Positions 22,749 to 36,685 are shown, counted from the whole stretch's first letter. The stretch: 63,700 nucleotides of DNA, filler included, from Calcarisporiella thermophila CBS 279.70 (GCF_041956535.1; 11 parts of 10 records of this genome joined end to end with filler, not necessarily neighbours in it); one strand, 5' to 3'. Program-made: numbers and translations. The notes: generated by a model not told the origin, from the letters alone.

Positions 22749-23269
22749 TTATATCGAATGTTGGAATCGTATCGAGATATCTGCAGTAGGACAACCAAGC
22801 CAAGCCACGTAATCCCTCAAGCCCCTTGACGGCCCATGGACTAGAGAGTCGCATGGCCAATTGGAGAGGCTCCGCAACCAACTTGCTGCACATGTCGATA
22901 GAAGAACTGAAGCACTGCTNNNNNNNNNNNNNNNNNNNNNNNNNNNNNNNNNNNNNNNNNNNNTTAATTAATTAANNNNNNNNNNNNNNNNNNNNNNNNN
23001 NNNNNNNNNNNNNNNNNNNTATTGTATTTATATTTATATATCATTTTTTAATATCATTTTCAAATTTTCTTAGCTCAGCTAATTATGTATTCGTGGGTGG
23101 GTTCTGTTGCCCAAAATAATAGGTCCATCTCATGGACGGTGTCTTCGTATTTTGTCTCAGCCTCACTTGATCGGTTGGCGGCACATCGATCCTCAGCTTA
23201 TAGTTCTCACACGTTATGTCAGTGATTTTCATATTGAAGGTTGCGAGATAACTTTCAAAAAAGAAAAAC

Positions 23270-23453
23270 TGTTGGAGTACGACCAGGCGTGACTGATAAT
23301 CTGAAATTGTCGGTATTTTAATTAAACTTGATTTTTACTTGTTTGTGTATAAACTATATTACCTGTTTATGATTTCTTGTTATTCTTAAATAGTTTAGCT
23401 ATTTGTCTTTCTTTGAACTGCGTGAAGAATATACTCTGATTGAAATTCCAACA
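23270..23453 (+). repeat. Solo LTR, short TGTTGG type
   Basis: TGTTGGA...TCCAACA inverted termini; second copy at 44445-44618. Confidence 0.8.
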
Positions 23454-23528
23454 CTAAACTAATTGTTATTATAAACTGCCTACATTTCTATCTTCTTAAT
23501 AATACTGTAACTTGCTTGGCATACTCCA

Positions 23529-24782
23529 ATGAAGCAAATCTCGGAAACAGTCAAGTCGAGGATAATCTCATTATGTAATGAAGGTTTATCTAGCAGAGTG
23601 ATCTCGCGTCAACTTGGGATAAGTTACCACACAGTCAATAAATATCGTAGAATATGCGCTCCAGAATCTTCTAAACCAGCTTCCGGTCGCCCACGTGTTT
23701 TTACTGAGAGACAAGAGAAAGTCCTCGTACGAAATTTCAAGGCTGGGATATATGAAGATATACCAGACGCGAAGAAAAAACTTAAGGAAGGTTACAATGT
23801 CGATTTGTCCTTGTCATCTGTAAGGAACGTACTAAAGCGAAGCCGAATGAGCTCGAGATCGTGCGGAAAAAAGCCGCTTTTGAAAGATAGCCATAGGAAT
23901 GCTCGACTAGCCTTTGCGCGTAAATATCGAAGCTGGAGTTTCGTTGAATGGAAGCGTGTTGTATGGTCAGATGAAAGCATTTTTCGAGTATTCGGCACAG
24001 GCAGAAGAAGATACTACTGGATAGCTCCGGGCGATCCTATTCGCGAGCACCATTTCAAAAATACAGTCAAGCACGGCGATGGGTCAGTTAACATGTGGGC
24101 ATCCATTACTTCCAAAGGAGTTGGCTTCATGTGCCAAATAGATAAGAGATTAAGTGCAGAGCTCTACCAAAATATTTTAGGAGATGAGTTAATGAGAACC
24201 CTAGACTGGTATGAACTGGACAAGGATCAAATCATTTTCAACATGATAATGATCCTAAACATACCGCGCGTAGCACAGTAGAATGGCTAGCAAACCATAA
24301 TGTTAACGTACTAGAATGGCCAGCTCAGTCTCCTGATTTAAATCCTATCGAGTTCATGTGGGATGAGTTAGACAGAAGAATCCAAGATCGTGAGCAGCAG
24401 CCGACTAATGCTGAGGCATTTTGAGATATACTGCAGGAAGAGTGGGAGAAGATAGAGCCAGAATTATGTGCCAAAATTATAGGGACAATGCCACAGCGTC
24501 TGGAAGCAGTGATAAAAGCAAAGGGTGGTCATACAAGATTTTGAAATATTTTTATTAATAAAAAAACATGAATTCTATGGGGGTACCGGAGTTTGAAAAA
24601 TTGACTTTTATGGATAACTTTCAAGAAAAAGGGTTTTTTGCAAGGGCATATAGATGGAATGATCGGGCAAGGGTGTTTATAGTTGCTGTATGTAACGCAA
24701 CTTGTTGTATCTTCTTTTGGAGATATAAGATGAAAAATCAGATTATTAAAAAAACATGGGCTCAATTTTTAAGTCCAGCGTA
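23529..24782 (+). mobile_element. Tc1/mariner element; transposase 23529-24544 disrupted by a frameshift near 24237 and an internal stop; right TIR ends at 24780 + TA
   Basis: [33 protein letters not shown] motifs; TIR matches 36686-36711. Confidence 0.92.
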
Positions 24783-25374
24783 AGAAAAATATTTTTTGAT
24801 ACGTGGCCAAAAAATTATATTGAATACAAAATTTTTTGGACCTCTTCTCCCTATGAACCTAATAAACTTTTGGGAGATATTTTAAAAGAAACGAGTATAT
24901 ATACGAAAGAAAATTATTAAATGAATGCAGTGTAAAAGGGGGGTCGAAACTTGTTCGTGTTGCATGTTGGCGGATAGGTGTTGCTTGGTCGTCAATGGGT
25001 CAAGATCGTTGGTAAGTAGAGGTTCTGACAATGAACTTTGCCAAGTTCATTTCCTTACATCAAGTCATGTANNNNNNNNNNNNNNNNNNNNNNNNNNNNN
25101 NNNNNNNNNNNNNNNTTAATTAATTAANNNNNNNNNNNNNNNNNNNNNNNNNNNNNNNNNNNNNNNNNNNNCGGCCGGTGGTCACAGCCGAGCAAAATTT
25201 GACGAATTACTTCAGGCCAAATACCTAATTTCCAAGCCAAAAGGGTAAAGTCACGTGACTTTTCTATATGGTGACCTACCAATTTTCTTATACCTACCGG
25301 TCAATTTTTACCGCAATTCTATAATTTTTTATATTGTACCCTACAATTTTGGCATAGGTTTCTAAGCATTTTCC

Positions 25375-26317
25375 TTAAAAAGACATTTTGTAGGGAGATG
25401 TCATACAGCCCCACATCATTATGCTTCCTCCTCCATGCTTCACCACTGGTTGTATATGGCGCTCTTGCAGTGGTTCATCACGCCTCTTCCAGTACCACTC
25501 TCGCCTTTCGTCACCAAAAATGCGGATTTGGCATTCATCTGAAAAGATGACGTGACTCCAATCTTCAATGGTCCAATCCTTGTATTTTCTTGCGAACTGC
25601 AATCTCCTGAGGCGGTGCTTTTTTGTAAGTAGAGGACTTTTTCTTCGAACTCTTGCAACAAAATAATTGCGATGGAGTGTCCTACGAACGGTGTTCTCGG
25701 AAATACTCTGCTTCGCCGTCTCGTTCCAAAGTTCTTGCGCCTTGACTGCGTTCTTGCATTCTCCTGTCGCCATTCTTCGGCACAATCTGTTTTCATCACG
25801 GCGGGATAACTTGCGCGGGCGACCCATATTTTCTCTTGACGAATTTGTTGGATCATTTTCTTCATCCTGACGTATATTTGATACGGTAGTTCTGCTGGTT
25901 CCTTCATGAGCAGCAATTTCACGTGTGGAATAACCTTCTTCGAGTAGGACCGATATACGAGCGCGTTTAACAGGAGTAGTGCGAGGCATAATGCTTATAT
26001 TATAAGATAATAAAAAGCGAGGCTAACAGAATATATGGGATAATTTTCGGGCGATGGATGCTTTTTGTTGTTGAATTACAAGAGTATTAATCCACACTGG
26101 ACTAAACGAGCAAATATGTCCCAAAAAAATTTCGGTTTAAAACGCATTTACCCTTGAAAAGTTACAAACATAGCACTCCTTGATGTGCATGGAATGAGAG
26201 CTGATGTTATAAGGTTTTGCAAAATATATAATATTTATTTGAAGTTTATCCTTATAGGAAGTATGATTCGTAATATGAAAAAAGGGGGGTGTCAAGAAAC
26301 TTTTGAGAGGCACTTTA
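25375..26317 (-). mobile_element. Tc1/mariner element, 3'-truncated transposase (25375-25989) with 5' TIR
   Basis: GRPRK, FSDEC, VKHGGGSIMMWGCM; terminus TAAAGTGCCTCTCAAAAGTTT..GACACCCC. Confidence 0.88.
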
Positions 26318-27042
26318 AGAGAGCGTGGGGGTCAAAAGAAGAAATGGAGTCAAGGAAATAAAATTCACATTAGAACCCAAGGGGGTTTGGTTGAAGCTGG
26401 GAATACCACCCCGCTCCCTTGGCAGTCTACTGTGGATTTCTTGCCTTGCGCGTTCCTTCATATATATTAAGGGGAAAATTCCTGGCCAGGATAGAGGTTC
26501 GGGAGCAACGGTTGATTTCCTCAGAGGAAATAGGTTAATTTTAATTACTTGTGGGCCAAAACCTTTCCCTCTCTGAGGTTCCTCCTACTTCGAACGCTGT
26601 TTCAGACCTCTCTATCCTGCTAATTAAGGGGTTCAAGAGTGGAAGGAAAAGGCCACCAACATAAGCAGGTGGGTTTTAGGGTAGGTTAGCAACTCTATAC
26701 AACACTACTAGGGGAAGGGAAAATTTTGCATTTGGTTTCCAAAAAGGAGCGGCAAGAAAAGGAGTATTCATTGCATCAAAAATGAGGTCATTTGGGTGTA
26801 TATTGGTAGAGTTATTAGCTTTCAAAAGAAGGGCATAATATTAAAGATATACTACTTAAATATTTCGACCAATCAAATTCCATAATCCAAATTTCTTTAT
26901 ATATTTATTGTCTGAATCATTCTGGAAACTCCCATATCCATAATAGAACGTATCCTCTTACACAGGGTCTGTTTCCTTACATTGACACATTGACTCCAGT
27001 TACATAGGGGCTGTGTTGGCCGAGCTAAAATTATTCAGCTGT

Positions 27043-30000
27043 TTAGCCCCACACATCTTCATTGTATCGACCTGCTTCTACCAAATGATTCATATATTCA
27101 ACTGCTTCTGATCTAGACATCCCTGATACTTGCTCTTTCAGTGCAATAAATGCTCTTCGCACGTCCTTTGCCATGCTGTCCGCAGAGCCACAGACATAGA
27201 CTGAAGCATTGCGATTCTCCAGCAAATCAATAATGAGTTCGGCTTCCCGAAGCAAGCAATGTTGGACATATCGAATCGACTGTCCCGTGCGAGAATAGGT
27301 GACAAATAGCTTAGCCAGAGTCCCATCTTCAACAAAAGAATTTATCTCATTTTTATAAATGAAATCATGCTCTGGATTACGGCAACCGAAAAATAGATAA
27401 GCGTCCGATTTTCCTCCCTTTTCTATGCTTTTTAATCCTTTGGCACGTCGCTCTTGAAGAAAGCCTCGGAAAGGACTCAGTCCAGTCCCAGCGCATATGA
27501 AAATTTGAGGCACAATCTCATCATTGGGTAAATGGAAGTTTGACTTGCATTGTTTAATCTGAGCATGGATTTTTGTTCCAGGCTCTAGGCACTGTAGGTA
27601 CCTACTGGCAAGTCCGTAGTAGACTTTTTCACCATCAACACCCCCGCGATCTTGAACTACTCCAACCGTCTGAGGAAAACAAATCATATGAATAAGTAAT
27701 GCGTGCTCTTAGAAATTATACGCATGATTGCTTACAATTGAAGGGTTGTGGGGATGCACGGAGGGACCACTGCTAATAGAGTATTTTCTCGGCATTACAG
27801 CATTCATTGAGCTTAGAAACTCTTTAAAGCTAAATTCTTTTACCCCAAAAGATCTTAAAATATTTACGGTAGTGCGATGTGAGGATACAAAATCTTTAAG
27901 CCAAACTGATTCTTTGCCGGACTGAAGGGCTGTTTTCAACTGCTCTGCTAGTTCGGGACAGATCTTTTCCAAGTTCTTTGCTATTACCGCCAGAGAATAG
28001 CGGGTAGGGGGTCCAGTAAGATCTGCGTAATAAGTGAGCGCATTGCGAATAGTACATGGTCCTTTGATTGTGGCCGCAATAGATCTTGGAGACAAGTTGA
28101 CAATATTGAGATCTTTAATTTCGAAAACGGAGTCCAGAACAAATCCAAGGTTACTCGCAACCTCTTCTACCAAATTAACGTCATTGATTGGATATATCTG
28201 TAGGACGAAAAAAAAAAAACCGTTCAATATTCAGTGTTTTGGTCTCTCGAAGAATGTTCAATGTCGCATATCAGCTCCCAACTTAAGCTGGAAGCTCAGC
28301 AAGTTAGATAAGGATATATCAAGTTAGTAATCCTACCTCAAGATGATCGCCAGCATTGTATAAGGGTAGTTTATGCTCCGTGATGGGGAATTCGAATTCA
28401 ATATGTCTTGTGCTTCGGCCGCTCTTTTCGGAATATTGGAGTTCAATATTGGACTTGATTGTCACTTGAGATCCTTGTTGGTTCTTGTTTTCCTTGGCCT
28501 CGACTATTTTGTACTTTTGATGCAGTGGCCAAAATTGCAAAATGAAATCGTCGCACGGGTTTGCCATGAGATCGTGACTGATAATTATATCTGCATTTTT
28601 TCCTGAAGGATCTTGCCCATAACGCTCCATCAAGGCGATCCAAAATTGCGCCGACCATTCGCTGAAATCTCCATCTATGTCCTCATTTGCATCACCCACT
28701 CCGGCTGGCAACAATCTTTCACCACCAAGAAACTCAAAACCTTGGTCGATCTTTTTGGGGAATGCTATCGTAAAACTACTTAATTAATTCACATGCAATT
28801 ATACATATTCTGATCTTCTCACATGAACGTACCTTGGAAAGTTGAGTCCCATTGTCGGTTACCGCAACCAAATACTGCATAGAGGATACCATCAAGCACG
28901 GGATTATCGTTCGTATTATTTTCGATTTTGGAAGATAACCACTCATCGAATTGTGTAGCATTATCGGGTGGATTGCCATTGTACGTTGCGGTGGTGATAA
29001 CCACAATTTCAGTTAGCTTGACATCACGCACATTCTTTGGTTGGCTTTCATTTTGGCCGAGTTGCACAGCTGTCCCTCCTTTTACGACCTTCCAATTATC
29101 GAGTTCATCAACGATAATTTCCCTGAACCCAAGGTTTTTCGCTTGGCTCGCAAGCTTACAGGCATACTCCTCAGAAGTATTTGTTTGGGTTCCATACAAG
29201 AAGGTGATACTCGGCAATGGAAATTTCGCTGGCTCCACCGACATACTCGCACACTGTTCTTTGAACTCTGTCTCCTTTTTATTGCTTGAATCTGTGCCAT
29301 TGGGGTAGGATGATTGGTGGAGTTCGACAGGAAACACTTTGACGAAAAAGTCGACTGGACTGTGGCCCGTGGTTATTTGGTAAGTGATCTTCTTGGAAGG
29401 GTCATCCATTGCGAAACGAAACTTTGAAAGCATCATTATCAACGCAAGCTTGCCCTCTTGGAGCGCAAAATATCTGTGTAAATATACAATGCAATTAATC
29501 CGTAAAGCCTATTCACTTCAAGATATCCACCATACCGGCCAAGGCATCCTCGAGGGCCGTCACTGAATGGTATCCATGCCTGATGATGTCTTTTTTTATT
29601 TGCCTCAGGATCGGCGAAACGAGAAGGATCAAAAATTTCGGGTTTTTCCCAAACATTCGGATCTTTATGGGTAGCTTGTATATTCACCCTGATCAATTGC
29701 CCGGCTTTGATTTGGTACTCATTAGCCCGTGCCTTGATGGTACAATCTTTTTTGCATACTTTCGTGACTGAAATGAACGGCGGGTGGTAGCGGAGAGATT
29801 CCTGAATGACCATATCGAGGTAAGTGCACATTTTAACTTGTTCAGGGGTAGGAATCTCGTCAGGCTTAATGCCTGCATTTGCTAACTCGATGCTTATTCT
29901 TTGAGAGATATCAGGATGGCGGCATAACTCTAGGATGGTCCAGCTAAGAAAACCGCTAGTAGTTTCGTAACCTATCATGTCCGAAATCCCATATTAGTGG

Positions 30001-30923
30001 GCACTTAAAAACAATTGGGCATAAAATCTAAGTATAATACCTCCATCAATCAGAGCAACCATGTTGTCTCTAATATGTTTTTCGTTAAGATGCTCTCCTT
30101 CTTTGGTGGAGGTTTTCAGCATATAATCCAATATGTCTTTCTCGTTATCCTCTGTGCGAGGATTGGCTCTGCGCTCCCTGAGAAAATCCTCAATTGTATT
30201 TCTTACAACGGCAAGTTCATGTTTAAACCGAATATTGGCGTCGGTTTGCAACCATTTCATCCAGCTGACGGATTGGTTACGCTTTCTCGCCATTGCTTGG
30301 ACATAGTGAAATGCATGGAGAAATGGGTGTGCTATATTTTTCGGGCCTTTAAGCAAGTTGAACTTGTGGCTAAATCCAATTCGACCAATAGCTTCCATTG
30401 TAAGGGCCATCATATAACGCTTGATGTCGAGTTCCTCTCCAGATTTCTGAAAGGTGTCTAAAATTTGGATGAGTTCTTGTACGCACTCCCCCATTTGAAA
30501 GCGGTAGGCCTTAATGGCTTTTGCAGAGAACGCTGGAACCAAGATCTTGTGTGGCAGAATCCAATCGTGATCGTTTGTTGCTGTTGTGACTACACTTCGA
30601 CCATGGAAAAGAGCGACATCTTGCGTAAAGCCAACCATTTCCTTTGTGAAATATTCGTCATCTTTGCAAACATCCTTAATAGCCTCAGGATCACATATGT
30701 CGATGTATTCGTAGCCGCCAAAGCTGACCCGCATTACTGGGCCATATTTGTCATGAAGCCGGCGAAAATTTGCGATGAAATCTGGAAGAAGATCTGGAGC
30801 ATTTCCTACCAATAGACTTCACATAGATAAGCCTAATTATCCTTTACAGAATTTTTTTCCTATCGGTGGAATGATATACCGGGGCTTGGGACCAGGAATT
30901 TTGTCGCTCTCGAAATACGTCAT
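27043..30923 (-). CDS. Self-sufficient cytochrome P450-NADPH reductase fusion (CYP505/CYP102-like architecture), multi-exon
   Basis: ESLR, FDPSRF, PFSDGPRGCLG heme motif; flavodoxin LYGTQTNTSE, TATYNG; RKYSISS, GTGLSPFRGF, FGCR, C-terminal DVWG. Confidence 0.93.
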
Positions 30924-31550
30924 ATTTGAATAAGTATATTTGTGTAAACTAATTAAAAATACAAATCTTCAAATAGCTTTTATATATACAGTCGTACCGG
31001 ATCTTTACTGCAAAATAAAAAGATTATAAGATATGAATAACCGTGTAGCTTTTATCCGATATAAAGAATGGTTTATTTCCAGGGCTAAATATTCTGTAAG
31101 CCCGCAATTGATTTTCGTAAAACCGAAAAATAAAAACTAGGGTCGCGTTATATAGCAATTGAATTTCAACCTGGTAGTCCTATCATCATTGATTTGGTCT
31201 GACATCCCAAACAAGCAAATTTTTGCAAATCAATAATCCAGCCGTGAGGCAAAATGTTGTGCAAGTTTAATCTACCAAGTTGTGTAGATGATTTGGTTCC
31301 AGAGTGGGCGAATAGAAATGGGAGTTTCCAAGCTTGATCAGACATACCGCATTTAGATTTTGAAGAATTAGTGTTTCAGAACTCTCTGCAACTGTATTAA
31401 TACTTCCTTAAAAATGCAATATATATTCAAGAATATTTATTCTCGAAACCATTTTTACGCTTCTTTGCTCCACATCTTTGAATTCGTTAAAAATCATATA
31501 CTAAATCTTACATCTTTTTATTCTAATTATAACTCGCTTTTATATTCATC

Positions 31551-32361
31551 ATGTCGGCTCTCTCCACATCTATTCCTCGTTTTATTTCCCAGATTAAATC
31601 TCGTTTCTTACTGTCTTCTTCGCAGAAGAATGGTCAGATGAGTTTGGAGGACTTTTCCTCTTCCTCTAGCTATAAAGAACAGCTAGATGAAGTAGCAAGA
31701 TTCTTTTTTGATACACGAGATGGAATGATTTTGTTTCATCATTTACTAGAGCACACGGATAACCCTTACTACCATACCCTTCGTCAACTTGCACTTCTGC
31801 AAGCCGGTGAAAAACCTGAAGCGAGAAAAAAACTGTTTTCTGTAGTCTCTGAGAAGTTTCCCCGGGAATTTCTAAGACAATTGGGCTTTAGATTTGATAA
31901 CAACAAACCGCGAACTGCTCGGGAAGTTGGGTCGAAATCTGTATCGTCCACCTCACAAGGTAATGACTAGTTTGTATACTTTTTTTTCATATCATTTACC
32001 TCTCCTATTTTATTTGCCTACAGACGATACAAAGCTGAAGGGGTGCAGCCAAACAAACAAACAGACTTGACTCCCACTTTAGTGACAAAGCGAGCAGTTA
32101 AACGCAAGAAAGGTAATAATTCTTTAGAAATTTTGAGTTTTACACTCTTTGACTTAATGTGAATTCTCGGTTTTATAGTGCCCAAAATTGTTTTGGATTT
32201 TCTTGTAGAATCCTCTCGGATTGCAGCAAATAGAACGCTCAAAAGTAAGAGAGAGGAAGAGATAGAAGAAGAAGTTGACGAGGGGTATGATAGTGAGAGG
32301 TATATCCAGGTTCTGTATTTAGATGATTCGAAATCGAACATATTTAAAAGATTTAAGACAT
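31551..32361 (+). pseudogene. Probable DNA-transposon-derived ORF fragment, truncated by an LTR
   Basis: Exon-like ORFs (...RKKLFSVVSEKF..., FLVESSRIAANRT) end at the LTR; family not securely recognised. Confidence 0.35.
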
Positions 32362-32600
32362 TTGATGGAGGACTACCAGGCGTAACCTAAGTCTGAAATA
32401 GTTTAGATAATCTTTGTGTTACGACGACTGATATCATGTATATACAAGCATGCACCATACATGTATAAGCATGCATCTCACCATCACTATTACGCCTTAT
32501 CTCTTTTATCTCCTATTCTATTCTATCATGTATATATAGGATGTGATCTACCTCTTTTGAGTTCCTTGGTGTGTGTTAGTTGTGTTTTCCTTTCTGCCCT
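32362..32600 (+). repeat. Solo LTR (long TGTTGG type), 3'-truncated
   Basis: Reverse-complement homology to 42717-42974. Confidence 0.75.
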
Positions 32601-33010
32601 GCAAAAAGTCTTTTTAAGGAAATTGCTTAGAAACCCAGCCATACTGCGTGTATCAAAATTATTTCATACTAGCATTATCTTCAAAATATATAAAATGATT
32701 TATTGATAGAACAACATATTGTACCTGTAATAAACACAAGTAGGGTTCGACATATACTAATGTTTATTACACTAAAATAAGTTCGTAAAAAGACGTAAAG
32801 TCGATTCGTAAATATTCAGTTAAAGATTCGGTAAAGACATGGTAAAGTTCTACAAGTGATTTTATACATAAATTAAAAATATCCAATATTGATTATCGAT
32901 AAATTAAACATATATTAGTTACTGTACTTGTTACAGCACCTCGAAAAAAAAGGATAGATGGAGAAAGCTTGAGTGTAGAACCTAATTGCAACTTGATTCT
33001 TCAGATATTG

Positions 33011-34878
33011 CTAATATCCAATAGGAGTAGAGCTATTTATTTGAAGTGGAATTGTTCCATCTCTTTTCCTCTCTGCAAAGACAATTGCCATGCCAACATG
33101 ATGATGGAAGTTTATATGGCAATGTGCAAGCCAAAGCCCAGGATTAAATGCAACAAAACGATAAGCACGCCAGCCATCCGGCGTATTTGGGGACGGCCAC
33201 TTACTATAAATATCAAAATTTTTCAAATATGGATAGATGACAGTTGTATCACGTAAAATGGGATTTTTGGTGTTGAGCATTCTCGAGCATTTGCTTTGAC
33301 TGTATGCGCCAGGCCCGCCGCCTAGGTCCCAGAAGGAATGGCCATGCTGGTGCCATGGATGGGCTTTCAAGATAGATGAAGTTTGGGGATAATGCATTGA
33401 TGAGTATAACTTATCATTATATTTAGTTATACTAATTAACACTACTTACGTAAAACATACCCGCTGTCGGAGAAAGCATGATTTTGTACAATGACCTGTA
33501 TAACTTCGCCTTGTTGAATTGGGTACGTGTTTGTTGATGGATCATAGCTGTCTTTTAAAGTACTGACATTGATTGCTGTCTTGCACATGATTGTGCTGTT
33601 GTAGATCATTGGTAGGCTAGGCCTTTCGAATGCCATGTCATTGATTTTCCATTGGCCCACGGGGTATTCCGCGGTGGATGTGTTGTTATTCGAAATTCTT
33701 AGAATAATTTCACGAGTATACGGTGGAGGAGGGCGGTAAAATTGGTTGATTTTTGGGCGTAACTGATCAACTATCCAGCCGTTGATAAAGTTAACTTTAG
33801 GAATTAGGGATTGTACAGTGTTGTTGAGCTCAGCTAAATTTTTTGGCAAGACTGGAGGTGGAGCGCCTTTATAGTGGAGCCAGACTGCGGAGCTGAACGG
33901 TACGAGTGTATCTATATTGTGTGTGGCTGTGCCAACAAGATAACTCCTTGGGCTTTTATCTGTACGTAGTAAAAATGAATATCGTTGACCTGAATGGAGC
34001 TCGATTTGAGATACTGTGAGAGGCTCAAGCATACGACCATCTGCTTCCACTAGGATCATGTCATGATCTTCAACCTTCAGGGCTTGATAAGTCTGGCTGG
34101 CTGCATTGATCAAGCGCACTCGGTAGGTCTTTCCTGGCATAACCTCGATAAAATTTGGGGGTCCGATGCCGTTTGTGCAATTTAAAGATCTGCCGTTGAT
34201 GAGCAAACCAACCGGGTTTAGATTTTTATACCGTATCGTATAATTGTACACTACATTGGTGTCAAATGAGCTAATATCTTCAGGATAGTAATCAGACAGG
34301 ACAATTATTTTTTCTTCATCATATTGAAGCTCGTTGTCAGGCTTGCGACCATTCCAGCCCTGTTCATGGATAATGAGGGCGCCATGTACACCTAACTAAT
34401 TTTGTGGCGATTGTGAGCAAATATTCTTATTTCAAGTTATTACATCAATTCGAGATTGATTACTAGTACCTACGATATGCATCTGAGTATGAGCATGATA
34501 TAAATATGTACCAGGCGGATCTCTGACAATGAACTGGTACCGATATGTCTCGTTATAGCCAATTGGATATTGCGTAATGCCTGCAAGCCCATCGGAAGAT
34601 AGCGTTCCAAATTGATGTAAACCATGCCAGTGTATAGTCACTTTGTCTATAGGATCAGGCATTTCGTTTCGAACGTTCACAACTAAAGTGTCATTGAAAT
34701 TCACATGGATAGGAGGTCCGGGCGAAATACCATTAACTGTAACCAGCGTTAAATTCCTACAATCTGAATTAAGCACCGTTCGGGCTATAGTAAAATGGTG
34801 TTCTACCATCTTAGCCCTAACACGTATTGGAAGAGAAATTACTATAAAGAGTAACACAGTAAGGAATTGAATAGCCAT
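33011..34878 (-). CDS. Secreted multicopper oxidase (laccase/ascorbate-oxidase-like), multi-exon
   Basis: Signal peptide; HWHG, YHAH, HPWHQHGH, HCHINFHHHVGM copper motifs. Confidence 0.93.
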
Positions 34879-35159
34879 TGTGAAATCGAATAAAAAAAAA
34901 GTTCAAATGAACAAAAATATTGCATAAAGAAGTTCAAAGTGAATTTTTATCTTTTCTTTGGGAAAACTTGTCTTAAATCGATTGATAATCATAGCTATCA
35001 AATTAATAAACCCACGTCAATCCTTTGAAATTAATCAAATGGAACATTAGTTTACGACTATGTAGATGTCTTTCATATTTGTTTGAGTCAAATCAATTAT
35101 CTAAACCTTGCGCCATATACCCCTGCTTTACTTATGAAATTTCTGCGAATGTCGTAAAT

Positions 35160-35942
35160 TGTAACACGACCAAGCCTCTATCTCCCTTTACAATTAATAC
35201 CTCTTTCCTTTTATATATGTACTGATCACATGCTCATGAAAACGATTTTTTAAGGTTTTTTCCCAGAGATTCATCTTTATTTAATTCTCGGTGTGTTTTC
35301 TATTATTTCCTCACCGTTCTCTTGAATTCATTATTCATTCTCTTGAATTGGATTCATTATTAATTAAGGATTCGAATCATTAACAGTCTCAGAACTGTTA
35401 CATTGGTGTTTTCGTCCGGGTTAAAACAACTACACAGGTTTCCCAACAACATTTATCCAACTAGGATAAACCAACGGTCAAACTCTTCAGGGTATACACT
35501 AAGCGGGAAATAGCTACTCCCCAAACAAAGTATACTATAATGCGTCCAGCTTCCTCTGCATCGGGCCGCGCCCGTGAAGCTCAACCTACTACTCGCATGC
35601 TGCGCGGCGACGCTGCTAGCGCCGCCGAGTCTTCTGATAGTCGTCCTGCCGACTCAACTTTGCCTCCCGAGGCAACTCCAGTCTCTTCTCAAGAAGAAAC
35701 TGCCATCCAACTGCTTCTCAAGCAGCAATCTGAAGTGTTGAAACAACAGTCCATGATGATGGAAAACATGATGACCATGTTCGGGAAATTCCTGGAGAAA
35801 TCCCAAACTCCAATCCACGCAGCCTCCCCCGAATATGCCAGTCCGCTTCCCATTGAAAGTAATCACAGTAATGAACCCTCAGTCATCCAACCGGATAGCT
35901 CGATCAATAGCGACTCTACTGACAAGCCCCGACGTCTCCAAA
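35160..35942 (+). mobile_element. LTR retrotransposon 5' end: LTR 35160-35402, PBS, Gag-like ORF from 35540, interrupted
   Basis: TGTAACA...TGTTACA termini followed by TGGTGTTTTCGTCCGGG (complement of a tRNA 3' end). Confidence 0.75.
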
Positions 35943-36685
35943 TGTCAGGATTTAATTTTTACTTAATTTTTACATACATCTAATTATTACCTGTTTGTTT
36001 GTTTGCAAATGATAAATCCTGTTTATTGTTTTTCTTGTTATTCTTTAAATAGTTCAGCTATTTGTTTTCTGATCCTCACTCCTATTTTTCTCTTTATATT
36101 TTTTACTATTATTATTATAGTAAACTATAGGAGTCCGAAAGTCGAAAACTACTTTCGTTACAAAGTGGTAGCGACGATAAGCATTTTTTTTTTCTCCTAA
36201 TTTCTGACTGTCTCCTTGACAAGTGGCACCAGCTACCATGCCGCCGAAAACACGTCAGCCTGCCATACAAGAACAAGCTGAAGAAGCTTCGCAAGATGAA
36301 ACTTCGGTTGAAAATTTTTCGCCACAAGTGTTGGCAAAATTTTTTGAACTGTTGCAAGGGAGAACGAATCGAAGCGTGTCGCCCGATTCGATGGGTTCAT
36401 CGTCCAAGATCACCATGAAAATGCCTGGTGAATTTTCGGGAGACAAATCTAAATCAGCCTCAGCTTGGCTGAAAGGCGTCAAGTATTATTTGACAGTCAA
36501 TGAAATCCCGAAAGAACGCTGGACAATGACTGTGGGATCATTATTAACTGAGGACGCTATGGATTGGCTTATGCAAACATGCGAACTCAAACCACAGTAC
36601 ATGAACGTGAGCCAGGATACGTTCGAGGAGTTTTCAGCAGAGTTCTTAGCGAGATTCGAGTCTAAAGAAAGACAACTTGACCTGC
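35943..36685 (+). mobile_element. Nested Ty3/Gypsy 5' end: LTR 35943-36221 and gag from 36238
   Basis: TGTCAGGA...TCCTTGACA termini; PGEFSGDK..A.AWL...LTEDAMDW Gag motif. Confidence 0.8.

Noticed and set aside
25247-25262. Palindrome AAAGTCACGTGACTTT (E-box/CDEI-like)
   Set aside because: Isolated motif in probable TE terminal sequence; no supporting context
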